Shown here in pieces: positions 47,390 through 60,429 of a stretch of 64,000 nucleotides of DNA. The number at the start of each line of letters is the position of its first letter. Within the stretch, counting starts at the first letter, position 1. Source of the DNA: Isurus oxyrinchus (lineage: Eukaryota). A model generated the notes under the pieces. The model saw only the letters and a program-made list of their open reading frames with translations. It did not search any database and was not told the DNA's origin. The DNA lies in contig JANJGN010000052.1 in NCBI GenBank assembly GCA_026770705.1, positions 2,046,001 to 2,110,000 of the forward strand, written 5' to 3'. A program made the position numbers and the translations under genes.

Positions 47390-50300
47390 CAGACTTGCAT
47401 TCTCCTGCAGGTGTGATGTTCCAGCTCCCTTGAAATTGCCAATATTGTTGAAACTTTCTGCATATTTCAATGTTATGTCATGAACTGAGGTGATGGAGTA
47501 GTTTCTGAGACTGGGACAGACATAAATCCTTTGGCTTTCGGCTGGTCCGGACAATCCTGGCAGTGGGTGGGGCCAGCAAATCCCACCCCTTGGGACATTT
47601 TCAGTTTATTTGATGTGCCCAGAGAGATCAATAAAGACCTCAATCCACAATTTATTGGCAAGCCACGTCAGGATATGTGTGAGAGGTGGAATATCGATCA
47701 CCGCTCCTCGTCTCGCCATGCACATCATCGCCATTTCCTGGTTTGTCAGTCACCACATGTCTATGTTCCTGATGGGATAGGGGATGGTCATTCTTATTGC
47801 TTGAAGGTTCCCCGTTGTGTAGGGTTAGTTTGGATCAGCGCACAGCTCTTTGTAGTGGCATCAGCCTTTGCTCTAGTGCCCTGCCGCTGTCAATGGCCCT
47901 TTCTGCCACAAGCCTTGCAGGAACTGGATAAATACTTGAAGGGGACATTTTGCAGGGCTGTGGAGGAGAGAGCAGAGGTTAGAGTGGGACTAACTGGACA
48001 GATCTTTCAAAGGCCCAGCACAGGCTCGATGGGCCAAATGGCTTCCTTCTGTTCCGAATCATTCTACAATCCGATAAATTAAGTCCCTTTTCAATAACTC
48101 TTCAGGCTCCTGCTGCAGGAATGGATCTTTGAGAAGGGCAGGGAACAAGCGGTTTCTCATATCATGTTCATGTTTATTGGCAATTACATAAGTGCATGGA
48201 ACTGTTGAATATTTGAGTCTCTAAAGTGTGGATTTAACCTTCTGGTACACCCAGATCTTGTGCTGGTTACCTTGTCTGGAGGTGTCTTTAACTGCTCACC
48301 GTGATCTGTGGGATTGTCACCCTTGGATGCTGATCCTGATTTCATGTGGGATCTGCTCCTCGATGGAATAGGAGCGGGAATGGATCTGAGTTATCCTCGG
48401 TTCCACCTCACCGCTGTGCCCTTGTGTGTTTGACTCCATAGCCCCTTGGTTCTGAACAAATCCTTGTCACCTCGGCTGGTGATCATGAACCTTCTGTGGG
48501 ATCCTGGATGTGAACTTGTCCCAACTGTAAACTTGGCAACTCTGCACCTCCATTTTTATCATGAACATTCCTTATCTTCTCTTGTAGTTTTAAAAGTTGC
48601 TCTCTGGTTTCTGAGAGAGTAGAATGGGTAAGAGTAGCGAAATTGGTCACTACTGGCACACGAAACATGATCTCTGTCAGTGATGGAATAAGGTGAGGTG
48701 ATGGTGTAGTGGTATTGTTGCTGGACGAGTAATTCAGAGACCCAGGGTAATATCCTGAGAATATGGGTTCAAATCCGGCCATAATAGATGATGGAATTTG
48801 AATTTAATAAGAATATGAAATTCAAAGTCTAGTGATGACCACAAAACCATTGTTAGAAATCCCACCTGGCTCACCAGTGCCCTTTAGGGAACAAAATTAT
48901 CTGGCAGACATGTGACTCCAGACTCCACGTCAATGTGGTTATCTCTTACATTAGGGATGGGTAATAAATCCTGGCCTGGCCAGTGACTCCCACATCCCAT
49001 GAATGAATTTAACAAAGTTGCAGTTGTAGGTGTTGATCTCAGATGTAACATTGCAATGTGTGGATCTTGCTTGGTCTGTCTACATTTGAGAATTAGGGAT
49101 TTCACTGTGTGAATCATTCATTCAGCTAGGCTGTTAGATCTGGGGTAATGAGGAGAAGAAGTAGTGTGATTGATATTCCAGATTATCTGTAATCATGTCC
49201 CTAGGTTCACCAAAGAAACTGAAAATAGTGCTTAGAGTGTGTGCACCAGTTGTGCTCGGTGTGTTGTGCTTTTTTTGAATAACGGGATATCTGGTAAAGC
49301 TGTTGACAATGACGATGAAGTCAGTGACATGGACATGAAAGGATTCAGATTTTGGACTAAGAATGGGCAGGAATTTCCTGTGGAATCAGTGGTTCTTTGA
49401 CAAGCCTCTTGACAAGCCTTGTACTTCCCTACAAACGACTTCAAGGTCATTGTTCATACCCGGCCAGTGACTGTATCTCTTGTGAGTCTCCTTGTCTGAT
49501 CTGTGTCCATGTGTGAGGGATGAAGTTGTTGAAGAATATAGGATCACAAATGTTCCGGTATGATGCCCTGCCTGCCTTTAAAAATGGTTCCCTGGGAGAT
49601 GCCTCGCTTATGCCGATCAGGTCAAATTGAATCAGGCCACGCTTCAATGATATTTCCACAGTTCCTGTAGAATTTTTCACTGTTCCCTCTTGTAGCTGCT
49701 GTCATTTCTGTTGTGCTAAATGTACTGGATCAATTGACAGACTTGCATTCTCCTGCAGGTGTAATGTTGCAGCTACCTTGAAACTACCAATACTGTTGAA
49801 ACTTTCTGCATATTTCAATGTTATGGCATGAACTGAGGTGATGGGGTAGTTTCTGAGGTTGACCCATGTGATGTCTGACAAATTCCATGGATAGTCACTA
49901 GTGTGAGGTCACCGCATGCGGGTAGATTGTAATTGCTCAGCGTTTAGTCTCCACAATGTAGAACATCTGTGAGACCCAGGAGGATTGATTGTACTTGCAC
50001 TCCAGGACTATGGATTCTGCACATGGAGTTGGTGAAGTGTTGTACACAGCAATAGGTTTCCCCATGGACTTCCATATCCTTGGATACATGTCTTTGAAAA
50101 TTTGCTGGAGTGGGCTGGGGGAGGGGAATGTTGGCACTTGCCCCTGTGTCAATCTTGGCCAATAAAGGGGAGGTAGCAACTTTCTCAGGGCAGATAATTG
50201 GAATCTTGGCCAATAGTGCAGGTGATGTGACGGCATCTGTTCTCCATGAGATTGATGGTGTAAAAGGTGTGAAATTGTTCAACAATTGCACAATACGTTG

Positions 50301-52034
50301 AGCACAAGTGCTGCACAAACTCTAGGCTGGGGTTTTCTGGCCCAGTCATGGTAGGACCTGCCATGGGAGATTGGGACAAATATAAATCCATTCGCTTTCG
50401 GCCGGTCTGGACAATCCTGGCAGTGGGTGGGGCCAGAAAATCCCACTGCTATGGGACATTTTCAGTTTATTTGATGTGCTGAGAGATATCATGAAGGACA
50501 ACAATCCACAATTTATTGGCAAGCCACGTCAGGATATGTGTGAGAGGTGGAATATCGATCACCGCTCCTCGTCTCATCGTGCACATCATTGCCATTTCCT
50601 GGTTTGTCAGTCACCGCATGTATATGTTCCTGATGGGATAGCGGATGGTCATTCTTATTGCTTGAAGTTTCCCCGCTGTGTAGGGTTATTTTGGATCAGC
50701 ACACGGCTCTTTGTAGCTGCATCAGCCTTTGCTCTAGTGCCCTGCCGCTGTCAATGGCCCTTTCTGCCACAAGCCTTGCAGGATTGCTGGAAAGCTGGGC
50801 ATTTCCTTGGTGCCTGCAGAAGGCCACACCTTCCACACGTCTCACTAGGTTTGGATGTTCTAGTGAGTGTGTCAACAATTGATGTTGTACAGAGGACCTG
50901 TAATCTTCGTTGACCTGTGAGGATCCATTCGTATTTATGTCTATCCTTGAGTAGCTCTTCAATGCTATAGGTTTTGGTCTTATCTAGCAGAGCTTTCTGG
51001 AAGGCTTCCATGGGAGTGGATGCGATCGCCAACTCAACAACTCTGTCTGCAGACTCTGTGTTTGAAATCACAGTGCGTACCCTTTTCTCTACATCGGCTG
51101 ATGAAGTGGTCTATGGATTGTGTAGGCTGATGAAATGACATAAACTCTAGTTGATGAATATGGAGTTTCACCTGATTCTGAACCTGTCTTCCAATGTCGT
51201 CCATATCTATTGGGGATCCTTTCACTCTTCTGCTGTTAATCCTGACGTGTTCGGCCTGTGTAGACCTTCATTCCCAATCGTGAGGTGAATTTTTATGGCT
51301 TGCTCGTCTGGTTCAGTCACACCTGAATCAGGAAACCAGAGTTCTGTACGCTGTTTAAACATCCTGAATTCAGATAGTCGGTCAGCTACATCCCAGTTCA
51401 AACTGGGGAATTTCGTGGACATTCTGACAATATTCCTTTGACCTTCCTTCTCCTACAGGACCTGGGATGAGTGTCGCTTTAGCCCCTTTCGTACGCTTTT
51501 CCGAAGCTCCGCCCACGAAGACGGGTTGCGGCAGGAACACACCACGGAGTAATGGAGTCTTTGTTTTTTATTCAATTTGCTGTTCAGCAATCTCGAAGCC
51601 GCCCGTTATAATCACTAACTTCTCTGGGCTGATTTTTATAATGGTTTTTGTGTGTTTGACTCTCCCTTGCTCACTATCGATCCAGCCCACACCCTGGTCA
51701 CTCGCCTTCCCTGACTGAGCTAACCCGCTGCTGGTCCTGGCGATACACACTGTCCCACTCATTGACCTACAGGCCGTGTGCTGTAATCTCACCACGAGGG
51801 ATCTGTCTGCTCCCCAGCTCTTTACTTGAGCTCTTTCCCGTCACTGTGTCTTCAAAGGTTTCCTGAGCAGTCAGTACACTGCGATTTCAACCCTCTCTGA
51901 TGCTGTGTCTCTGTTGTGGTCTGACCAAAGCGTCGAGGGTTGTCTCATGCCATGTAGCTCGATCTAAGGCTGTTCACCACATCATACCTGTACTGAATCT
52001 TGCTGCCAGAATGTTTGGCCACCGCTGATCACCA
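47390..52034 (-). mobile_element. Degenerate, internally rearranged Ty3/Gypsy element in the gene D intron
   Basis: Gag (FKQRTELWF), Zn knuckle (CGRCG...CKACGRKGH), protease (IDTGAS), integrase remnants; TGG primer-binding site next to the LTR. Confidence 0.85.
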
Positions 52035-53544
52035 TGTTGTGTTTTTATAATGATATAAAGGCACCAGCCACTGATACAGAATTGGGTAAATACATTGTGC
52101 GTTCATTTATTTAGAATAGGGACATGAGAACAGATATACAAGGATAGAAAGCTGGGAGACACCTGCAGCCAAACTGTGTGAGCTGTGTTCTGCTCACAGG
52201 CCAAAGTGAAACTTGGACTGGATGGTGTTATCATCCCAGCTGATGTTACTACTGGGCAAGTCAGATCCCAGGGTGGAACTCAGCTTGATAGGTCCTAACT
52301 TTTATTTTTTATTTAGGAATGTGGAGTGCGGCTACTGAACAGAGTCACAGGAATCATCTGATGACCTTCTAACAAAAGAATAAAACATTTATTAAACTAG
52401 GAAAGACTGATTATATTACATTACTCCTTCACCCAGACCTATACATTTACAGATTCATAAGTAGAATACAAGTTACAATAACTATCTTATACTCTCATGT
52501 TCACACTAAGTACACAGTTCATGCAAACCAATAGACGACCTGGCGTCAGGGACACCACATTCTGTATCCAAGTGATAGACCCCAATTGGAACAAATGCTA
52601 TGGGTTTCAGCTCAACTGACTCCAGACACTTGTTTCACCATGAGGCAACTGGTCTTCCAAAACTGTATCTTTCACATGAGAGTTTCCAATCTCTACTCGT
52701 CAAGTGCTCTCTTTGGAATCTTCTCTAACATGACACTTTCACTCAGACACCTTCCACAAGGGTCCACTTCCATGATTTCAAACTCTCCTTCCCATGTTCC
52801 TGCCCCCTGGATCGCCACATGCATTCAGCCTTCCTTCTACGCGTTGTCTCTCCAATGCTCAGTCATGCCAATGGAACACCATGGCTTCACATGGTCATAG
52901 TAAGAAGACATCAACATTTAGCTGTCTCCTATGATCTTCTGGCTTCTAATAAGCCTTTTTTGCTTTAGGTCTGTGTCCTTTTGCTTTTTCTCTTTTAGCT
53001 TGGATCCCTCCTCTGCTCCTCAATCTTATCTCGACTTAACAGGACCTTTTTCAGATTCCTGATCTTCTTTGGAGTAGAAGGTCTTCTTGGCTCTTTCTCC
53101 TGTTCCACTCGATGGTTTTGGCTTCTTCTTTACTTTGGGACTGACTATCTGTCCCGCTCCTTTGCTGCTTCTCCTGGCAACTCCTTTCAACCAAACTGAA
53201 AGCACATTTCTGTTTTTCTCTGTCTCTATGGGTCCGTCCCTCTGGATCACTGTTGCTTAGCAACAGCACAGTTTCTTACACCTTGTGTTTGTATTGACTT
53301 TCCTTCAAGAGACATCAAACCCCATTAGATTGCTAAATGAAAATGAAACCAAAACTGAAGTTTCCCCCTTTCTTAACACACAAATACAGAAAACAAACTA
53401 AACTTGAACTTAAAGATAGACCTTATCCCTAACACACACAAATACACATAGAACTTACTTAAGCTATCCCCAGTTCTAAAATCACATGACACACTTCCCC
53501 TCGAGTGATGTCATGCTGCTGTCCCTGAAAGGCATATTACAACA
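52035..53544 (-). mobile_element. 5' LTR of the Gypsy element, apparently carrying a nested insertion (~52245-53480)
   Basis: TGTTG...CAACA termini at 53544 and 52035; abuts the primer-binding site. Confidence 0.55.
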
Positions 53545-54873
53545 GTGTTGTCACTTGGCAGGTGATGTGTGCCAGGCAGACCAAGTCCATGAGAGAAAGG
53601 TGGTCACACTATCATAATGATTTTGCAATTTGTATTTATTATGAGATGTGTGCACTGAATTCAGAAGCAATAATTACACCAAGACCTTTAGAGATTTGAA
53701 AATTAAATTAATATTCTTGCTCTCAAAATAAAAGATTTCAAGCACATACATAACTCTACAATTACCACTATAATAATTCTTAAAATTCCAAATTAACCTG
53801 ACTCCCAGTTACACTCCCTTTAAGGCAACAGACTAAAAATAGATGTTAGATTTAAAACAACTCAGCAAGTTAACACAATACAATAGCAATACCCTGCACA
53901 GAGGAATTCCAAGTGGCTTTTCCCCAACTTCAGTTCTGTTGGATAGCAGGCTTGTGCACAAATGCTTGAGGTTTCATTAAGACTATATCACACACTCGTG
54001 TTAGATCTTACATGGCATTCTGACACATAGCCTTTCATTCTCCCTGATAGATATATATTTGTCTCTTTGTAACATGAAAATTCTATTGTTCCAAATGTTT
54101 TTGAAACTGTCTCTTCCTCATAACAAATTCTTTCGTGGTGCCCATATTGCCAGGAGCCTTTGAGAAAAATAAGCACATTCCTTAGTCTTGCTTATCTGGC
54201 TAGTTGTAAACAAGCTAAGATTCCTTTGAAATCCAACAACCCCTTCATTGAAATAAAAATGCAAATTCTCTTCATACCTTCCATGCTAAGCAGCATCCAT
54301 GTTTCCTCAATAGCATGTCAAGCACCTAGCTCCTTTTGATCATTTTAAACTTCCAATCTAATTAACTCCAAATGTACTTAAATCACATGCAGACCCATCA
54401 TGCGTACCCCCATAAACCTACTTCACAATATACTATAAAATATTATGAAAATTATTATACTTACATCACAATAGGAACCACTGCCTTAGACACTGAGGAT
54501 CTAGGACAGCTAGGCCAATTACTGATTCATGATGGTGATAATGGGGGAATTCTGAAGGCTCCAAATCCATTGTCCTACATTGTAAATCAGCAGTGAACTC
54601 ACTTCAATCAGTGCGTCTTGTAGACACTGTGTTGGGTGGCAGACTGACTTCACTAAATAGGTTCCTGTGGGCCATGAGCCAATGTAGAATGAACTTGTCC
54701 ACTCCTGTGTCCAGAATTCTCTTCGATCTGTGGTAAAACCTTGGGGCATTCATTGTGTGACCTGTGGATTATCCAGACTGCAGCCACTGTGCCCCAGTGA
54801 TGGAGGGGGTGGATATTGAGTACAGTGGATTGAGAAAACATTCAGAGTTAAATATTGATATTTCTCTCCGTAG

Positions 54874-55248
54874 TTGGACTATCACAAGTGTGGAAAGTCA
54901 ACACTCCAGGAGAGGTGACAGCGCAGGAAGGTTCGTGTGTACAGATTCCATGTAATTACAGTTATCCATCATATTTAGTAGCGAGATCACCAGTCGGATT
55001 CTGGTATATGAGAAGGAATTGGGAAACATGGAATGAACGGTCTATAGCCTTTCACTCCAAGAATCACAATCGCAAGTTAATAAGGTTCCACCATCGGACC
55101 CGGCTGTCTGGAGACCTGAAAGATGGTGACTGTTCCCTGATTATAAACAATGTCAGACGGGAAGATGCAGGATATTATTTATTCAGCCTAGAATTTGACA
55201 ACAGGAATAGATACAACGACCGTCCTGAAACCCAGCTTCACGTTTCTG
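54874..55248 (+). CDS. Siglec D first V-set exon; essential Arg replaced by Ser
   Basis: 375 nt, phase 1-1, open; DAGYYLFSLE with AGC at 55185-55187. Confidence 0.9.
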
Positions 55249-55449
55249 GTAAGTGCTGTGTTATAATTACTCAACAATTCACATTCAACACTCAATGGGA
55301 AATAATAGTGTTTGATTTGCTTGTTTTTTGGCCGTGTTAACCAGCGTCACTATTTTTAATGATTTGTCTATTTCTACTCCCAGATCCATGAGCTTATTGT
55401 GTGTGATTGAATCCACATCATAGCTGTAACGTAAACCGAGCTGAGGGGT

Positions 55450-57100
55450 GATGACACCTCCCCCCTGAGTGAAGTGTCTCCTCCCCACTACACCTTCCAC
55501 CCCTCACACTGTCCGTGTAAACCCCCGTCCCATCTCCAGCCTCTCTTTCCCCTGCAAAGTCCTTGAACGTGTTTCCATCTCCCGAATCCGTTCCCATCTT
55601 TCCCGGAACTCCATGTTTGAATCCCTCCAATCAGGTTCCCACCCCAGCCACTGTGCTGAAACAGCTCTTATCAAGGTCACAAATGGCATCCTGTGTGACT
55701 GTGACAAAGGTCAACTTTCCCTCCTCGTCCTTCTCGATCTGTCTGCAGCCTTTGACATGCTCGACCACACCATCCTCCTCCAACACCTCTCCACTGTTGT
55801 CCAGCTGGGTGGGACTGCTCTCCCCTGGCTCCATTCTTATCCATCTCATCGTAGCCAGAGAATCACTTGCAATGGCTTTGCAGCATCATCTGAACACTGT
55901 TAGTTTTCACCTGTCCACTGAGGATCCCCAGCTCTACCTCACCACCACCTCTCTCGACTCCTCCACTGCTGCTAAATTATCAGGCTGCTTATCCGACATC
56001 CAGTACTGGATGGGCAGAAATTCCCTCCAATTAAATATTGGAAAGACTGAAGCCATTGTCTTCATTCCCCACTCCAAACTCTGTTCCCTCGCTACCAACT
56101 CCATTCCTCTCCCTGGCAGCTCTCTGAGATTGAAGCCAATCTGTTCACAGCTTTGTTGTCCCATTTGATCCTGAGATGAGCTTCCGGCCTCACATCTGCG
56201 CCCTCACTAACACCGTCTATTTCCACCTCCGTAACATCGCACGACATCACCCTGTCTCAGCTCATCTGCTGCTGAAACCCTCATCCACGCCTTCATTACC
56301 TCCAGACTCGACTGTTCCAACAACACGCTCTACACTCCATAAACTTGAGGCCATCCAAAACTGCTGACCACGTCCTTACTCACACCAAGTCCCGTTCCCT
56401 CATCACCCGCTCTGCTCGATGACCGAGACTGGCTCCTGGTCAAGCAAAGTCTCAATGTCACAATTTTCATCTTTGTTTCCTCATTATCCCTGTAATCTCC
56501 TCATCCTCCTCCAGTACCTACAACCATCCCATTCTCTGTAACCTCTTCAAGCCTCCACCGCTTCCCTATATCTGTAAAATCATCCTGCCCAACAAACCTA
56601 CCAATCTCTGCAACCTCCTCCAGCCACTACAAACCTCTCTAGCTCTGCAAACTCCTCCATACCCTACACTCTCCCAATCTCTCTTCAATTTTCCAGCCTC
56701 TACAACCCTCCCTATCTCTGTAACTCCTCCAATCACTACAACCCTCCCTATCTCTGTAACCTCCTCCAGCCCCTCCAACCCTCTGAGGTCTCTGCTCTCC
56801 TCCAATTCCAGCCTCTTGACCATCCCCCGGTCCCATCACTCCAACATCGGCGGCCGTGCCTTCAGCTGCCTGGGGCCCGAGCTCTGTAATACCCTCCCTC
56901 AACCCCTCTCCGTCCCTCTCTCTCTCTCTCTCTATCCATTTCATCCCTCTTTGAAGATTCTCCATAACACCGTCCTCTTCTGGCCAGCTGTCGCTAATAT
57001 CTCCACATGTGTCTGGGTGACATACTTTGTTTTATGACGCTCCTGTGTAGCACCTTGGGGTGATTTGTCATGTTCAAGTTGTTGTGTAAATATAAGTTGT
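55450..57100 (+). mobile_element. L2 LINE ORF2 3' fragment
   Basis: RPISSLSFPCKVLE, ETALIKVTN, LLVLLDLSAAFD, LQLNIGKTE motifs; degenerate. Confidence 0.9.
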
Positions 57101-57649
57101 TGCCCTTTGACCCTCGACCCCAGCTTGAGTCTTATTTTTGAGGGAATGTACAACCTCCTTAGATTTCTGACCAAAATGTCATTTGATTATTTTTATTGAG
57201 TGAATGCCAAGTCCCGATACCGAGTGAGAGCCTCCTCATTTGCTGAGTTTAAGGTGATGAGTCAGCCCCTTAGTCCGTAGAGGGGATTCTCCTCGGTAAT
57301 GTGCAGCCTTGTTTGTGTCTCTCCACAAGCGCATGAGGGGTTTGTACAGAGGCTGCAGCGCTGGAGGGGGTCTGCACAGGTGTCCTGACCTGTCCTGAGC
57401 CGGTTTTAGCAAGGACCACTCTGGCCTTGGCAGCTGAAAGCCAGCCATTGGACAGACGGGGCCTGTCACAAGGAGCCTGTTAGTCACACCCCCCCGTGTC
57501 TCCTGTGCTCAGATCCAGACCATGTTGGCTGGTGGATCTGGCTCAGGAAGGGTCCTCCCCATGGGACACCCAGATGAAAGGTGGGTCGAGCAGGTCAGTC
57601 ACTTGCATGTTTATTCTGCAGCTTTAATATTTCAAGAAGGTAAGAATGT

Positions 57650-58415
57650 AGGAACATAAGAAATAGGGACAGGAGCAGGCCATTCGGCCCCCCGAGCCTA
57701 CTCTCGCAGATCTGGTTGTGGCCTTAACTCCATTTTCCTGCCTGTCCCCCAAACCCTTGACTCCCTTGTCGATCAAAAACCTGCCTCACTCAGCCTTGAG
57801 TCTATTCAATGGCCCAGCCTCCACTGCTCTCTGGGGAAGAGAATTCCACAGGCTAGCGCCCCTCTGAGAGAGGAAATTCCTCCTCATCTCAGTCTTAAAT
57901 GGGAGAGTCCTCATTCCGAAACTGTGCTCCCTGGTTCTAGATTCCCCCACGAGGGGCAAACATCCTCCCAGCATCCACCCTGTCAAGCCCCCTCGGAATC
58001 GGATATGTTTCAATAAGGTCACCCCTCATTCTTCTAAACTCCAATGGATACAGGCCCAACCTGCTCACCATTTCCTCACAGGACAAACCCTTTAATCCCA
58101 GGAATCAGCCCAGTGAACCTCCTCTGAACTGCCTCCAATGCAGAGTCTATCCCTCCCTAAGTAAGGAGACCAGAACTGTACACACTGCTCCTGATACAAT
58201 CTCACCCTGTGCAGCTGTTGCAAGACTTCCCTCCTTTTATACTCCATCCCTTTGCAATAAAGGCCAACATTCCACTTGCCTTCCTCATTCCGTGGTGTTC
58301 CTGAATGCTGACTTTCTGTGATTCATGTACAAGGACACCCAGATCCCTCTGTCCTGCATTCTGCAGCCTGTCTCCATTTAAATAATATTCTGTTTTTCTA
58401 TTCATCCTGCCAAAA
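57650..58415 (-). mobile_element. CR1 LINE 3' fragment
   Basis: QRDLGVLVHESQK; MRRNFLSQRGASLWNSLPQRAVEA. Confidence 0.88.
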
Positions 58416-58533
58416 TAATTTGTTGCCATTCTCCTCAGTATTAACCATCCCCCCAATTCAGCCTCATCTGTAAAGTTGAGTCTAGTGGATCCACAAACCA
58501 TCCAGAGTTAAATATTGAGATTTCTCTCCCCAG

Positions 58534-58902
58534 TTGAACCCTCACAAGAGTGGAAAGGTGACACTCCACGAGAGGTGACAGCGCAGGAAGGTTCGTGTGT
58601 ACAGATTCCTTGTCATTACAGTTATCCATCGTGTCTGGAAAACCAACCGCGAGGTGGAGTCTGGTTTAATAATGAGAAACAGATTCCCTGGGCTCCTATT
58701 GCCTTTCACTCCAAGGATCACAGTCACGAGTTACCACGGTTCCGCCATCGGACCCGGCTGTCTGGAGACCTGAAAGATGGCGACTGTTCCCTGATTATAA
58801 ACAACATCAGACGGGAAGATGCAGGACCTTATTTTTTCAGAATAGAATTTGACAGCAGTAATAGTTACAACTACTATCCTGTAACCCAGCTTCACGTTTC
58901 TG
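58534..58902 (+). CDS. Siglec D second V-set exon (essential Arg present)
   Basis: 369 nt, phase 1-1; DAGPYFFRIE with AGA at 58839-58841. Confidence 0.92.
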
Positions 58903-59373
58903 GTAAGTGCTGTGTTATAATTACTCAACAATTCACATTCAACACTCAATGGGAAATAACACAAACTGTGACATTTACATATTAACACAAAACACAGCTT
59001 ATTATAACACACTGTCTGATTCTCAATAACCTGGTGATAGCTTCCAGTTCAGTCCTAAAGCAACGTCTAATACTCACTTTAATATCAATGATGAAAAGCA
59101 TTAACTGTATTATCAGGTTACCACTCCCATCAATCTCTCCTGTCCTGTTTAAAAGTCTGACGTATCGATAAAAGAAAGATGTGCATTTCTGCAGCGCAAT
59201 TTACCACCTCAGGAGGATCCAAATCCCTTCACAGCCAATGAAATTATTCCTGAATTGTAGTCACAGATGTAAAACACAGCAGGCAGTTTGTGCACAGCAA
59301 GATCCAACAAACCACAATGTAATAAATCACCCAGATCACTGAGGAAATGAGAAGCCAGTGAACTCAAACCTCT

Positions 59374-59411
59374 GGTCTGATGAAGAGTCATACGGACTCG
59401 AAACGTTAACC
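59374..59411 (+). ncRNA. Minimal hammerhead ribozyme motif (duplicate of 39730-39767)
   Basis: Identical core, stem II and palindromic stem III. Confidence 0.6.
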
Positions 59412-59760
59412 CTGTCTTCCTCTCCACTGATACTGTCAGACCTGCTGAGTCTTTCCAGCAATTTTTGTTTTTGTTTCAGATTTCCAGCATCCACAGTATT
59501 CTGCTTTTAACTCCAATCTCTGGTCTCAGCCTCTTCTCTCATCCAGTATTCTCAATTCACATGTCTCGGAGTGAACGTGTATTAAGCTGAGAGACAGAAA
59601 CACTACTGCCAAAGAGCAAGAAAATCTTTCCTGATCATTGTAACCTCTCAGTTCTCATATCATCCTTGTAAAAGTGCTTTCTCTTGTGGGACTGTGGTTT
59701 CTATCTGAACTGATGCTTCACATTATATTTCTCTAAAAGGATCCATTCTCTGTCTGTTAG

Positions 59761-60057
59761 ATTTCACAGATAAACCCACGATATTCCCTGCTGAAATTAT
59801 TGCAGGAAAGCGTGTGGATGTAAGCTGCACCTTCAACACAACGTGCAATGGAACAGCTGCACCTGTCTTAACCTGGGACACTCCCACTGACGTACCTGGA
59901 TCAGTCTCAAACACTGTAACTCAGCATGGTGTCACTCTGACCTATACTTCTGTTCTGACCCTGACCCCATCACTCAAACACCACGGACACACTCTCTGCT
60001 GCAGAGTGAGATATCCATCTGTTTCATCGGAGCGGACCCTTGTACTAACTGTACAAG
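59761..60057 (+). CDS. Siglec D C2-set domain exon
   Basis: 297 nt, phase 1-1; ...HGHTLCCRVRY...VQ|gtaagt. Confidence 0.9.
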
Positions 60058-60429
60058 GTAAGTACTGACACCCTTGATTCTATATTAGCTGTAATAGGAT
60101 ACAATGTGCAGAGCAAGATCCCACAAACATCACTGGGTTGAAGACAAAACAGGTCCTTTTTTATTAGTGATATTGACCAGGGAGAGCTCTTCCTGTATTA
60201 AGCCTTGGGATTGTTTATGCCTACCTGATAAGGCAGAGGGGGCCAAGGTTGAACTTAAAAGACAATATAGGATAATATAAATATTGTCTTCATTGATGTC
60301 AAAGATTTTGGGGGAGATGTAGTATAAAAGTTTAATATTAACAATGTAAATAGATAGTATTTATCATTAATTACTCAAGGTCACATGAGAATAGAACACG
60401 GAGAGAGATAGTTCTATAGATACCTAGGT

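Noticed and set aside
30903-60057. Assigning the symbol MAG or CD22
   Set aside because: Domain count, TM and tails do not match either gene; these are multi-copy paralogs and orthology needs a phylogeny
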